The notes under the pieces are model-generated. The model did not search any database. It saw only the letters and a program-made list of their open reading frames with translations, and was not told the origin of the DNA. Made by a program: the position numbers and the translations under genes. From contig NW_027117344.1 of NCBI RefSeq assembly GCF_038025025.1, positions 248,001 through 312,000 of the forward strand: 64,000 bases of DNA, written 5' to 3'. This DNA comes from Phyllosticta citribraziliensis. Taxonomy: Eukaryota. Below are positions 23,790-38,299 of this stretch, piece after piece (positions within the stretch are counted from its first letter, which is position 1; every line of letters begins with the position of its first letter).

Positions 23790-25240
23790 GACGGTCTGGG
23801 GAATATAGGTTGGTGTAGCAGTTGGACCCTCTGGCCCCGGTCGTCGACATTATTGCGTCGAGAAATTGCTGGTGCCCATGGCGGCGTAGTCGCTAACCAT
23901 GGTTGGGTGCGCCGCTCCCAAAGCGACTCGGCGATAGTCAGGGGCCGTGAGGAGGATCAGCATGAGCAACGAGAAGACAAAATATGTGAGGTCGACCAAG
24001 TCGTCTCTCCAGTCCAGCGACCAGGTCTCGACGTCTTGGCTGCTGTCGCCCGTCAATCATCTGCAACCACTCTAGCTGCTGACGGCGACTCAACACCACA
24101 TTCCAGGCCTCACCAGGCATTCCTCGGCGCGGCTGCCACCCTTTATCGCCATCATGGACGACCATGACCTCCACTGCGCCTCAGCCCCGCTGTATTCTCC
24201 AAGATTATGGCAATCCTCGACCACGTGCCAATGCGCCGAAATTACCACCTACTCGGTCTGCAAGGACTACAAGACCTCCAAACCACCTCTTTATCAAGTG
24301 GCGCGGCGAACACGGCCTCCGCACGTCTCCCTCTTCGCTTCGACACATCTCTCACCACCACCACAACCACCACCACCACCATCCCAGGCCTCCCAAATCT
24401 CACTGCTCCTCCCCACACGACACCGCCAGCCTGGGCCGTGGCCAAGGCAAACCCTCTGCATTCGTATCCAAGCGGGTCAGGTACGACGACGCCCATAGTG
24501 TTTACACTGGCTGTTGCTGGGAAAACACCACCAGCTAGACTGGGAAACCCAGCAATTGTGGCCTGGCTGTCCAATCACACAATTCCAACGGAACTCGGCG
24601 GCGGGACCTAGGACTACAAACGGTCGGAAGCGCCAGCCGCTGTCCCGAGTAGCTTTGGCTTCATTTACAGTCGCGGTGCCAACACCTTAACCGTCTTTTG
24701 CTCGCGTTCCAAGTCTCGTGGCAAACCCAGGTTTGTCTGCACAGAATGAGCTGGGATCTCATGGGTTGAGGAGACGCGTCCACGACGACGCTCCCGAACG
24801 CTCTGTAGGCCCGCCGGCACGCCCAAAATCGGCTCCGACGTCCCGCTCGCCGCACCACTCAGGTCGCCCTCCACTGATCGAAATGCTTGCAAACATGGCC
24901 CGGTGAATCGCCGCGTATGGTACACGTCTGGATGGCTTTCAAAGAGCCCAGAACCGCGGGGACTTCCTTGCCAACCCCCTCACCAACATGTCGCCTTGCT
25001 TGCCTTTGCTCGTGGAAAATTTTAGCCTTTGGCATCTGGGTCCTGGACTGACCTCTTGCCTCCCTGCCTTTAAGTTGCCGCGGCATGGCTCCAGCTCCAC
25101 CGTCTTCGTCCACCGGGATCTATATTAATTTTTTCGGTTTCTTGCCAGTGCCGAACCCTTCCTTCAGTGGCTTCGGAAGCCGTTGACCCTTCACCCTTGC
25201 CATGTGCTAGTCTGCCGTCCTCACTGATATTACTGTGACC

Positions 25241-28200
25241 ATGGATCTAGGAGATGGGCTGAGCCCTCTCCCAGGTCGTTACCCACCCAGCCAGAGAAGG
25301 AGGGGTATCGCTTCCATGTCTGTATATCCCTCTGTTGAGCGGATACCGGAGGCTTCGACATATATCCACTCCGCCGAAGACCTCACTCTCAACCCTCCCC
25401 GCCGAATCGCCATGTCTTCAAGCGACCCTTCTGCAGATCCTCCCTCCATCTTCGACACGGACGACAACGACCCAGACGCTTCGTCAAGTGCTTCCTCCAG
25501 GACTTCAAACGGCTTCGATCTTATGCCGCCGCCTCCCAATGTGACCCTTACCAACGCCGAAGTCCTCTCCACTCGACTCTTTTCGACCGACCACCTCAAC
25601 CTCATCATACATCATCAGTCACTATTCTCCCAGTTTATAGCATTCCTCAACGAATACCGACCCAACCACGCACCGACGCTCATCAGATACTTGGAAACAC
25701 TCAAGGCAGCCGCTGCCGTCGACTACGCAAACGCCATTGCGAGGCAGATTGTTGGTCCTGACAAGAGCTCGTCTGCAACTTTGGTGGCAGCAACCCTGAG
25801 CAACAAGTTTGGATCCGGATCGCGGCGTGTGGCAGAGCAGCTCGTCAACGAGGCGCTCCCGGCATACGTTACCTTTCGGCTGACCAACGTGGTTACGGAG
25901 CTCCTCATCAATGAAATCACCGGATGTCATGGAGGAACCCGCAATTTGGTGAGCGGACTGGCCGAGGCTTACTGCCTGACAGATCCGTCACGGCCAGGCA
26001 ACCCGATTGTTTATGCTTCGGAAGGTTAGTTGCGCCTCGACATAAGGTTTAGCGTCTTCGGAACTGATACGGCTCAGGTTTTCATACAACGACCCTCTAC
26101 GGCAGAGACTTCGTCATTGGCAGGAACTGCCGATTTCTTCAAGGCCCCAAGTCTTCGCGTGCGACAATTTCTCGCGTTAGCGCTGCCGTGCGAAATGGGC
26201 ATGAGAACAGTGAGCTCCTGTTGAATTAGTAAGTTCTCAAAATCATTCGACATCTTGTTTCACACAAAGCACGGCATTCCCCAGCCCTCGGATGTAGCCG
26301 GCGCTACCAAGGAGTACCGATTGCCTTTTGGCTACCGCTTTGACGTCAGATATGCTACACATCGCCTCAAAGTCTTTCTTGTTCAGCGCTTTCAGATGCC
26401 AAACCCGTCCGACTAAAATTAGCGCCCACACAAATTCGTCACTTATAGCCGGGCTGACCATGAATTTAGTCGTCGGGATGGCTCCCCTTTTCTAAACCTC
26501 TGCCTGATCTCACCCCTACACGACAACCGTGGAAATGTCCGCTACTTTATTGGATGCCAGATCGATGTCACCAACCTCGTTGAAGGCTGCCAGGGACTCG
26601 AGTCCTTCCATATGCTTCTCGATCAAGATCAGAAGAAGCACCAGCAGGATGTATCAGCGCAACAGCAGGAGAAGGATGCGCTCGAAGCATTGGGCCGTTT
26701 GGGTGAGCTGTTGAGCTTCGAAGAGATGGAGACGATTAGGTCAAAAGGACGACCTGGATCCGATTCGCGGTCAGCAACGCCGGCACGGGGCAATCCCCCC
26801 CTTGGCTCAAACTCCCAACTTCGTCGCTATGTCAGTGTGGAGGATGGAGAAGCTGGAGCTGCGCGAGTAAGGGCGACCAACCGGCTCAACCCCAGTGGAA
26901 GATTCCCTAGCGCCTACGAGACGTTTATGCTGGTCCGCCCCTTTCCATCCCTCCGCATCACCTTTACCTCCCCCGCGCTTCGAATTCCAGGGCTTTTGCA
27001 GTCCCGCCTACTCGATCGCATAGGCGGACCAACTTCCGTCCGGGAATACATTCGAACGTCGCTGGCCGAGGGTGCGCGCATAACGGCAAAAGTCAACTGG
27101 CTCACCAATTCTGGTCATCGAAAGACACCAAGTTTAGACCGCGCAGGGAGGCCGACGGTGGACATACATGGCCGAGCCCCGCCTCACTACGCGACGGGCA
27201 AGCCCAGATGGATACACTGCACACCGCTGTATGGTGCTGACGGAAACGTCGGAGTTTGGGTGAGTACAACTGAAACTCCTGTAAACGGACAGTCGGCTCA
27301 CTTTTCAGATGGTGGTCATGGTAGAGCCGGACGAGGATGAACCTCAATATTCGTCCTACTCGGGAGGATATCAACAAAGCGTATCACACCGCGACCGTCG
27401 AAATCAATCCGTTTACCCCACGCGCTCCGACTCGTCCATAAGAGTTGCCCACGCAACAGCCGCCCCCGTGTCCAGCAGAAGGGCACCTTCACCCGCGCAG
27501 TATACACAGCGCGCCGCGCCCAACCCCAACGAGACACTACCGGCGCTGCGCTTTGGCGACACCAGGCACGATCTACATTCACCTGATGGCCGTTCGCAGT
27601 CACATTCCCCTCTCCCTAGCTTTCAGGCCTCCAGGGCGACTCCACACCTGATCAACACCAGCCACGCTGGTTCTAAAAACACAAACTACGGCCCCGCATC
27701 AGCCCACCATTCGTCCTCTGCCGCGCGTGCTATTTTCGACCACAATCATGGTCAGAGCTACCACGACTCGCACAGCGCGAGCGGCGTCCGGCGCTCGCGG
27801 TCCCTGACGACCACTGCCATCACCATGGGCACGGCCATTACGACAAACTCGCCCGTTCCGGCACCGTCTTACTATCCTCCGCCCGCAGGCTACCCGCCCA
27901 AGCCCCCGACCCCTACGATTGACGAATTGGCCGCATCTGCGGCGCCGCCCAGTCGTTCGGGAACGCCAGCTTTCACGTTGACAGACCAGCTGTCTCCCCA
28001 CCACCGCCCCACCTTTACGCCCACTCCGACGCTGCCATCGTCAAAACCGAGCTCGCCGGCGCCCGGCCGCGTTGGACTGCAAGAGGAGAGCGGGACGGAT
28101 GGTGACACTGCGGAGGAAGCATCGGGCAGCGTGACGCCACTGGCTGGCGGGGGAGCAGGGACACCGGCCAACACACCGCGCCGTGGTGGGTACGATGTGG

Positions 28201-29162
28201 ATGATGACGACGGAAGAGCTGGTCGCTCCGTCGTGGCGCCGTCCCGCACGGGTAGCATCTCGACTTCGTCCACATCCCTCCGCGCTGGGCGCTTGACGCC
28301 CGTCACGGCGGGCAGCTCGGGCTTGTCTGGGCGCACGCCGAGCACAGGAAGGTCGTTGGTTCGCGGCGCGAAGGAGAGAGATCGAGAAAGGAAGAGAGAG
28401 CGTGAACGCGAAGCCGAGTGGGAGCAGCAGCAGCAGCAGCACGAAGCGGAGCGCCATCACCGCCATCAACAGCAGCAGCAGCATGGCAGAGACAGCCCCC
28501 TGACCGTCACCACAGCCCAGCGCTCCCGCGCCGATTCTTCAGCTCGCGCGCAATCGCCCGCCGCAGCCAACAACTCGACAGGCGTCGTCCCCAAGAAAGT
28601 CGAGTGGGTCGAAGGGCTGCACCGGCAGGCATCAATCGGCAGCAGCGCGGGCGGCGGCCGCAGCAACAGTCCGGCCAACGCGAACAGCAGCCCCGTCACG
28701 CCCACCACGGCGCTGCCTCTCCCACCTCCACCGCCAACGCCCCGCTCGCCCGCTCTCGTCCGCGAGAAGAGCAAGAGAGGCGGGCTGAGCAGCATCCTCA
28801 CCAGCTCCAAGTCCTCGCTCAAAGGCGCAGCAACTTCCAAGGACAAAAACAAGGACAAGGGCAAAGAGCGTGACAGAGCCGCTGATCGCGAACTGCCGAA
28901 CACGAGCCGCGAGCGCAAAGGCGGAGCTGGGACGCGCACGCCGACCCCGACGCTGGGCACGACTGCTGCGTCGACGGAGCAGCGCAGTGGCAGCGCGGCG
29001 GGTGGTGGCAATGGGAGAGAGACGCCGTTGACGGCGTTGCCGGCGCCGCCGCTTCCACCGCCGCTTGCGCCGCCACGGGAGCAGAGCCCGCGGTTGGAGG
29101 TGCGGCTGTCGGGGTTGGGCGAGCTGGATGTTGAGGATGGCGAGGCCTTTTTGGGGTTGTGA
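25241..29162 (+). CDS. LOV-domain blue-light photoreceptor of the fungal RGS-like/LOV/PAS-like type with long disordered C-terminal tail; introns 26025-26077, 26229-26469, 27260-27308
   Basis: Spliced sequence: AYCLTDPSRPGNPIVYASEG|FHTTTLYGRDFVIGRNCRFLQGPK...ELLLNY|RRDGSPFLNLCLISPLHDNRGNVRYFIGCQIDVT, a canonical LOV core with GRNCRFLQ at 26119-26142. A helical RGS-like region precedes it and an LVRPFPSLRITFTSP...RWIHCTPL...GVW|MVVMV domain follows. Confidence 0.9.
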
Positions 29163-31459
29163 GAGGAGGGTGGGTGTGGGAGATGGAGGTTGGGGCGTGA
29201 GGATGAGGAAGAGAGAAAGAGGGAGATGGTGAGGCGACGTGTGTGATGTGTGGATGAGTGGCATGGCATGGTATGGTAGGTATGGAACAGGATGGCTTTG
29301 CCTTGGGACAGGCACCAGTCGCTCCAGGTCGGTTGGCTTGCTGGTCGATTGACATCACGGCGCCTTTCGCTGCACTTTCCCTTCTATCCATCATCTACCT
29401 CAGTCTGTCGCTTGCAGCTGTACCACGCGTTCCACCTCTGCACACCACCATCTTTTCTGTCGTTGTCTTTTTTGCCGTCGTTATCACCGATATACCCCTC
29501 GCTTTCATGCGTTGCGCTGTACTATCTTCTCCTTCCACTTCTATTACTTCCACTTCTACTTTCCCTTCGCCCCCTGTATGTATACCGTAGCAAGACCTCA
29601 CCACATTTATCGCCGTAATGCGCGAAGCAGGAGGACTGCGGGGTTGTAATGGTTCGCTTCTCTGTATGTATGTCTGTTCACTTCACTTACTGTACGTAAC
29701 TATTTTCTGTATAGCTTCGCTTGCATGTAGGGCAAAAGGTTGTGCATTTATGCTTAAATATATGTATACTCGCAGCCCCGCAAAGACACGATGGAGGAGA
29801 GACAGTGTCTCATAGTCAGACACACATACCCCCACGTCCAGCCATCCAGATCCATGCCGCTACCCCACGTTTGCAGCCCAGCGCGGCGGTACTTGCGCCC
29901 GCTCGCTTTCGCATTGCTGTACTGTAGATGAAAAAAAGGTACCTGCATGCATGCATTTGTCAGGATTAGGGAGCGGCAGTCTGTATTGACGCTAACTAGG
30001 TACCTAGCCGGTTCGCTACTTTTGCCTTTTGCGGTTCTGGTTCTCGAGAGCGCTTGAGCGGCTGATGGGCGAGCGGAGCAGGGAGGATGGACGCTGTAGA
30101 CACTGCCTGGGCTCTTGGCCGCGGCGGCCCTCGGCATGGTCCGAATACGAATGATTGCTTGGTGCCATCGCGATGGTTCTCGTAGTCAGTACGAAATGGG
30201 TACGTCGTTAGTGGCTGCAGTGACGCTCGATGATTGAGGGGCTGAGGTGCCGGGCAGCGGCGTATTTGCTTGATGGTGCTATGCTGGGTTCTCACCATCA
30301 TCATCATTTGCAGGCGATGAGGAAACAAATAGCAGGCAGGGTTGATTGCGTACATGTAGGGTACGCCGTCGCAACGAGCGACGCATCCGCAACCCCAAGT
30401 CGCCAGCACCGACTGCTGTCCTGCCAGTCAAATGTGACTGCGCTAGTCGTGCCCGCCAGCCTTTGCAAGCCTTCGTTGCCTCTGCTCCTGCATTCCCCAG
30501 ACATGCAGAGCTGGCCTTCAAATATGTCGCTGCTTTGTTGGCGCTGGGAGCGTGGGGCATGGGGTGAATGCGGGTAGTGATGATGCTTGTGAGGGATGGC
30601 TCTGACAGGTGTCGGATTTTATGCAGCTAGCTAGTTTGGGTGGGATGAAGGGTGCTTTTGCTGTAGGCGCTGGGTTTGGTAGCGGTGGAGCTGCCGGTAG
30701 TTTCCTGTGGGTGAGCGTCCCGTGCCTGTGGAAAGCACAGGGAGCATTCGTTGTCTTCCTTGGGAGGCATGGCGATGAGCAGCATTCGTTTTCTCTCCAT
30801 GTCGGTTCTTCCAGAAATACTGAGAAGCTTCATCACCATCGACAGCATACGGGTGTCGATGACATGGGCAAGACAGGAGTGCCGGACTTATCCCAACCGC
30901 GCGTCATCTAGATGAAGTGCAGCGTATCCGTTTTGCTCAGCCCTGGGACTGTCGCACCGAAAAATCAAAAAGCCCATCTGGCAAACCACATACAAGACAT
31001 GGGCATGTCAAGAAATTAGATGCTGCAGACCAGACCAATGAGGTTGAGGTGTTGGAGTGGCAGCCAGAAACGCGGCCACGACATTGATCAAAGCCCACCA
31101 CCTGGAGAACCGTGCGCTCGCCTCAACCAAGACCATTGACGTACCATTCAAACGGCATCCGTATCTCGACACAACCAACACGCCCAATTCTCCCACATCT
31201 CTGTCCAAAGATGCAACGCTCACAGCAACCTCATTTGTCAGTTAAGCGCCTGCTGTCGCTTCGCTCATTGGCCTTGCCGCGCACTGGTGCTGCCAGTACC
31301 AAAGCGGCCATGTCTGCAGCGTATATATATGACTTTGGCGACACCGAGTCTTCTGGCCTGTCATTCTTCAGCTTTGGCTGACACTGCATCGGACGCCTTC
31401 TTCATCTTTCCGTCTTTCTGTGCGTCAGCTTCCGGTGCAGACGATCCTTGCTGCCACCA

Positions 31460-33685
31460 ATGGCGTCGTCCAGTTTCGATTTCAACAATATGTCGCAGCT
31501 AATGCCGTTGAAACGACAACCATCGACTCCTCCACCAAGAAACCGTACCCGAAAAGCTTGCGACCGATGTAAAGAGAAAAAATCAAAGTGCGACGGCAAA
31601 CAACCTTGCCTTAAATGCATCAACCGCCGCACTGCAGACTGCTGCACATATAGCAGATTTGGGCACAGAGACTCTGCGTCGCCAGAGAGTGACAGTCCCG
31701 CGGGGAATCGCATCCAATGCCTCGAGGATGAAATTACGGTATCGAAAGATCGCCTCAAGAGACAGAAAATTTACTACGAAGAGAAATTGGTTGCATTCGC
31801 CCATCGTTTCGGTACTGGTGTGAGGGCCGATGTGCCACCTCCAGAGGCTTTGTAAGTTCTTTGATTTCGCGCCTCCCAAGTGTCTTCGATATTTGCATGG
31901 CGCTGATTACATGACTACAGAATTGCGATGTACTTTTCAAACGTTCATCCGCAGTTTCCCATGATTCACCGTGCACGATTCGAAATTGCCCAGGAAAGCC
32001 CTTGCAACTGGGAAAAGTCTCCTCTGTGTCTTCAATTCGCCATGGTCGCCCTTGCTGCTACCACCGACCCCAAACATGCGCATATGAGCAAAGACTACTA
32101 CGATTGGGCGAGAAAGTATTTTGAAGAAGATGTGGCCAGAGAAGAGACTTGTGCGCAATCTGTTTATACGCTGTCGCACGTTCAAGCCCGGGTACTCATC
32201 GCCACTTTTGAGTACCGTTACGGTTTACCAGAAAGGGCATCTTTCAGTCTCTCCGCGGCCTTGCACCACTGCAAATTGATGCGCCTTCACAGGGAGGCTG
32301 GCGCAGGCGTCTTTGCCAAAAGTTGTGCTGCCCCTCCAAAGGACTTTGCCGACGCTGAAGAGAAACGCAGGACCTTTTGGGTCTGCTTCATTCTTGATGT
32401 GTACATGGGTACCGAAGAAGGACTTCCTCGGCAGATCAGAGAAGAAGACGTAAGCCAATTTGCGGTAGCTTTGGAAGGGTTACTGAATATCTCAAGATCA
32501 ATGTCCTACTGCCCATGTACTGCGAAGGCTTCGAAGCAGGCCCGAAAGCGGCCCCCATGTCACTTGAAGATGCTCTCAGCTCCAGCGGGAGCCTCTCAAA
32601 TCTCTCACCTTTTGCGGCAGCTTGTGTGACGGCTTGCCTTTTGGGGCGCATTGCATCCCATGATGAAAAGAGCAGGCGGGACAACGACTCTTTCGGCGAG
32701 TTTCTCAAACGACACAAAGCACTCGAAAATTTGCTGGAAAGATTGACGTCCACTCTTGCTGATATATTGGAGATGTCTAGGCAAAGTGTCGATCCGAGAC
32801 ATGTGTTTGTGGGTGTTTGTCTCTACACATCCAGGATCGCACTTTATCGCGTGGCCATTCAAAAGACCGAAATTTTCAGAAAAAGCGACATCGACGAGAA
32901 TTTCTGCAAGTTCCACCAATGTGTGCCTGCCGCGGGACAAATGTCACAGATGTTCTTTGGCTTGAGAATGATGAACATGTCTTGGGTAGATCAAGTCCAA
33001 GACGCAATCAAGCCAGAACGACTGACTCGGAATTAGTTTCCTCTCTTCACGACCTACTGCCTCCTAGTGGCTGAGAGGGCGCTTCGTACCCTGACGGACA
33101 ACAAAAGTCCCAAAATCCAAGATTTGGTTAGGGCCAGGCAAACGTTAGAAGACCATACCACTCTGTCATGCCCCTTGGATCGCCTTAGGAAGCTGAACTC
33201 GAAATTGAGCACCATGTTCATGCCCAAGCACACAAACTCCAGCGTAAGTATATCTGCTGGCTGAGTTGGCTTATGACTGAAAGATTTAGATGGCCCCGCA
33301 GCAGAGCTTGCAGTCCTTTGATGGAAACTACGATATTCCGATGCTGCAAGACACTCCGAATTTCTTGAATCCAGCAGCCTTTCCATTCCAGCCCCATCAG
33401 TCGCCTGTCGACATTCCTATCTTGTCGAGCATGCAACCAGTTACCATGCTTGCTCATCAATGGAACCAAAGCATGTTGACGTCGCCGATGAGTTCAGAAG
33501 AAACCTTGCCAGGAAGCGACAATGGTAATCTTCACTCCCATCTTGCAAACTATCCAGAGAGTTCCATGGACGTCAGCATTTCGACTCCAGCATGTTTGCC
33601 GCAGGGGACTTTTGACGGGCGTTGGCAGACCCTACCGGTAGTGCCAGGGACCGGCCACCCCTTCTTGGGCAATCAAAGTGGGTGA
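31460..33685 (+). CDS. Zn2Cys6 transcription factor with fungal TF middle homology region (approx. introns 31852-31920, 32450-32496, 32986-33036, 33244-33289)
   Basis: ACDRCKEKKSKCDGKQPCLKCINRRTADC binuclear cluster; YFSNVHPQFPMIH and EEKRRTFWVCFILD middle-region motifs. Confidence 0.85.
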
Positions 33686-34645
33686 TCCGTGCGACAGGGC
33701 AGACAGGTGGCTGGGCAGGGTCGTGACGATGACAATGAGAGTGGCGTCGTTTTCGGGAAGGATTGGATGAGCGTAGGAGTCGACAGTGATAGGTTGCAGG
33801 TTTTGGAGGGTTTCCATAGGAGAGACGGGTAATTCAGGAGGACACATGTTCGGTAGCGGAAATATGCAGACAGGCAGACGTTTTTGACATGATTCCCACG
33901 TAAGATGGTGCAAATGAGGCTGCAGATGGAGTGGTGCATCTACGCACTTGACCAATATGGGCAAGCAGAGCGGATATGACGATGGTACGGGAGGCACAGC
34001 ACAGAAGGGGTGAGTCTTATAAGTCAGCCCTATTGTAGGCTGGAGGAGAGGAGGAGAGAAGAGGAAACGGTGTCTGGAGCGACGAGGTGTGATTCGATGG
34101 CGACGATGCCGACAGGCGTGCAGTCCAGCAACAGGCTCCGTTGGACGACTGGACGTGCCCCACCAGGCGCATCATGGCCAGGCGTGGTCGTCGGTTTGCA
34201 GGTTGAGGCCCGGTGTGGAGGATTTCGCCGCTCCCGCCCGATTCGGATAGTCCAGGGTCCGTGCGCGTGCCCAGCGACAGGAAACACCGTGGACATTTCA
34301 ACCACGACCATCACCGTCCGATTACCACCTGCACTCCCCCAATACCCTCCTCAACCGACCCTTCTCTGCCTGCTATCGAGGTAAGTCTGCCCTCGTTCAC
34401 CCTCGCGACTCGTCCCACGCCCCCGCTGTCACCTGCCCGCTCCGCTCGTTGGCTCGCCCGCTCTCGCCCTCTCTCCCTGCCTGTGCTCTCGCTTTGGCTC
34501 TCCAGACCCGCCGACAGCTTACGCCCACTGCTCGCCGCCGTCTTTGCTTGCCCATCGCATTTGATTTCCATCAACTCCCGCCTCGCTGCTTCACCCTCAC
34601 TGCTGGTCGCATTGTTGACGCTCGTCGCTCTCGCTCAGGCTCTAG

Positions 34646-35432
<787 letters not shown>

Positions 35433-37063
35433 GCGAGATTCTGCTGCTGCTGCGAGCCTGACGATTCCCCCCCATCATGCGAGCGAGAAGAAAAATGCCA
35501 TATCCCCCCATTACTCTCTCTCGTATTCAATCACTTCGTTCACACACACACCTCCCTCCTCCCTCCCATCATCCACTGCTCTCAATGCAACAACGAACAA
35601 AGCAGGTGTTAGCCCGGGTCAGTCGGTATCGGTGCGGGTGGAAAGAGAGACAGGGCGAATTGCTTGGAGTCTTTGAAATTATTTTAATTTTAGCACAAGT
35701 GCCAAATGATTTTTGGAAGTCACGATGATGAAAAAGAAATGAGGCTCTCCCTCCCTTTCTCTCTTGTTTGGGTCACCATTATACCGCTCGCATGCCCGGG
35801 GTTCTTCCCTCTGATGACTCGGCCCTGAATGGGTTTGCTGTAGCAGACGATTGTTGGTTGATGTGCGCGCAGGTCTTTTCAATCACTTGACAAAATACAA
35901 TGCTCAATGGTCAATTTTCGACACCGAAATATACAAGATTACAAGAAAAAAAAGAAAGAAAGAAAAAATTGGCAAAGGGTGTGTTGTTTCATAAGCACGC
36001 GACAGGCGGAATGGAATGTAGGGGTTTGGCTTGGCTCGGGGTGCATTTTTCTCTCTGTCAGTCCTTTCCTCCGCTTTGTATATGCACACACGCTCGCGCG
36101 CTGCACGCATGCACGCATGTATGGGTGGTGGTGTGCTTGGAGCTAGGCAGGCGGCGCACGGGGATTAGAAGAGAAGAGGAAAGGAGAGGAGAGATGGGGC
36201 ATGTGCCGCAGTGAGGCTTGTAGGTTGCTGGTCGCGGTTGAAATGCAACATCGGGCGTTTGTTCTCTTGTTTGGTCGTTCGCTTCTTTTGCTCTTCAGTC
36301 CGTCTAGCTATCCATCTTTCGGCTGTCTGTTCACTTGTTCGCCTTTGGTTGTTGGCTGCGACTGGCTTCACTGACATGATGTATGACACGCGTTGGATGC
36401 TGCGTGTTGCGCACATAGGCACGTATCGTTGCTGCTTCTTGTCTGTACTAGTAGGTTGAGTAAGTTCTGTTGGTGTACGATTGCGTTGAGTGTGACCGCT
36501 GCGTTGTGTGTCGTGTGCTGCGTGCTGGGTGCTGTGAGTGGTGCAAGTGGTGAGGCATATGCTTGTGTGCCTACACCTCATACCTACATATCTATGGCTC
36601 AGCTTGTTTTATCCATCTACCAAGTTATCCGCTGCTTGTCATGGCTGCTTCTCCTCGTCAAACTGGTTCTGGAGTCTTTGTGCGTTGAACAGACAAACTT
36701 GCTGCGTTGTTTACGGCTTATTGAGGCGTGTTTGCAGTCAAGGCAAAAGCAGGAGGTAAGGACAGGTGATGAAAGAGGGTAACGTGGCTTTCTGTCTGGT
36801 TAAAAGTCTGCTTGCAGTGGTGACAAGAGATGGGGTTTGATCCAGTGGTTACTTCACGCCAGAGGGACTGTAGACGTTTGAGAGGACAATATCTCATTGG
36901 GAGCGCGTGGTCAAATGGACATGGTACGTATGGTTGCATTTGAATCGTCTATAAACCAGTAGCACCGTTGATTTGAGATGCTCTTGTAGCTCTGTCCACC
37001 CATGAAGCTGCCGTTAAGCTACTCTCGATCTTCCTCAATGTCGTGCCGTGTTGGTTGGTCTCC

Positions 37064-37996
37064 TCACTTTTTCCGCAACGCCTTGCTTTTCCGCTTCTTG
37101 AAAACTACGCCTACCGTGTCATTTTTTGTCGCGCTGGTATTCTCTTCCTGCTCATCTTCTGTTTTGACAGGCGGTATGTCGGACAGCTTTGCGCTCGCTG
37201 TTGCTTCGCTTGCCTCTGGGTCTGGCTTTACGTTTTCAGACTCCTCTGGGGTTTCTGATTTTATTGTCGTTTCCGCGTGCTCTGTCTTTTGTGGTTCAGA
37301 TCCAGCATCAGGATCAGGCTTGATATCCTCTTCCTCCTTCTTGACCACCGGCTTGCGCGCTGCACTGAGCAGCGCCTCGATGTCGTCCTCCGTTGCCGCG
37401 CCCTTGGCCGTCGAGCTGTACGTCTTGAACGTGTTGCCCCACCCACGTTTTGGACGCTGAGCGCCTCCTTCGTCTTCCTCGTCATCGTCATCCTTCTTTC
37501 TTTTCCTGACGCCCACATTCAGCGTCCCAGACGCATCGTTGTCTCCCGCGCTCCTCTGCTCGCCGTCGAGCTGCTTGACCGCCACCGTCTGCCAATCACC
37601 CACCATGGCCACTTCTCTGCGATACTCGTCCGGCACAGACACGCCCATGGCCGCCAGCTGCGCGAGCTGCCGCTTGCGGTCCTCCACCGTCGCCTGCCGC
37701 GGCGCCTCTCTCGCAGCACCGGCCTTGCCCCCTGCCGCTCTTGCTGTCGACGCCGAAGATGATGATGCTGCTGAGCCTCCTACGACGCCGTTGAGACGCG
37801 CCACTTCGTCGCGTGCTCGCTGCTTTTCGCGGTCCTCCCGCTCCCGTTCTCGGTGCAGATCGCGGAGGGATCGCTGGATTGCGATTTGGTGCTTGCCCGT
37901 GGCCTCATGTTGCTGTCTTTCGAATTTGGTGTCTCGGATGTGCGTCTTGCAGAATTTGCACCAGTACTTGGGCGTGGACTTCCAGTATTCCGACAT
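37064..37996 (-). CDS. U1/matrin-type zinc-finger protein (WBP4/FBP21-like N-terminus)
   Basis: MSEYWKSTPKYWCKFCK...QHEATGKH C2H2 finger followed by a coiled coil, a MVGDWQTV motif and C-terminal VVFKKRKSK. Confidence 0.88.
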   Translation of the reverse strand: MSEYWKSTPKYWCKFCKTHIRDTKFERQQHEATGKHQIAIQRSLRDLHREREREDREKQRARDEVARLNGVVGGSAASSSSASTARAAGGKAGAAREAPRQATVEDRKRQLAQLAAMGVSVPDEYRREVAMVGDWQTVAVKQLDGEQRSAGDNDASGTLNVGVRKRKKDDDDEEDEGGAQRPKRGWGNTFKTYSSTAKGAATEDDIEALLSAARKPVVKKEEEDIKPDPDAGSEPQKTEHAETTIKSETPEESENVKPDPEASEATASAKLSDIPPVKTEDEQEENTSATKNDTVGVVFKKRKSKALRKK

Positions 37997-38299
37997 GGTG
38001 GTCGAGGCGTCGCGGATGGTTTAGGATGTTGCGGGTGGTATTCGGGTGTGGAGAGAGGCTGATTTGGAGGAGGAGCTGTCCAAGTCGATTCGGATGGGAA
38101 TTGAATGGTAAGGGACTGCGACGAGGTGTGCAGTGGTGGGAAGAGAGGTTGTTGTTGTGTGGAGAGAGTTGAGCGCGGCGACGGGCAAGAAGGCTAGCTC
38201 GCGGGAGATCGACGCCAAGGCCGCGTTCACGCGCTGCCAACCAGACTCGAATTTTTGGACCAGCCTTCACCAAGCTTCCAATTCCACCACCCGCTCGCC

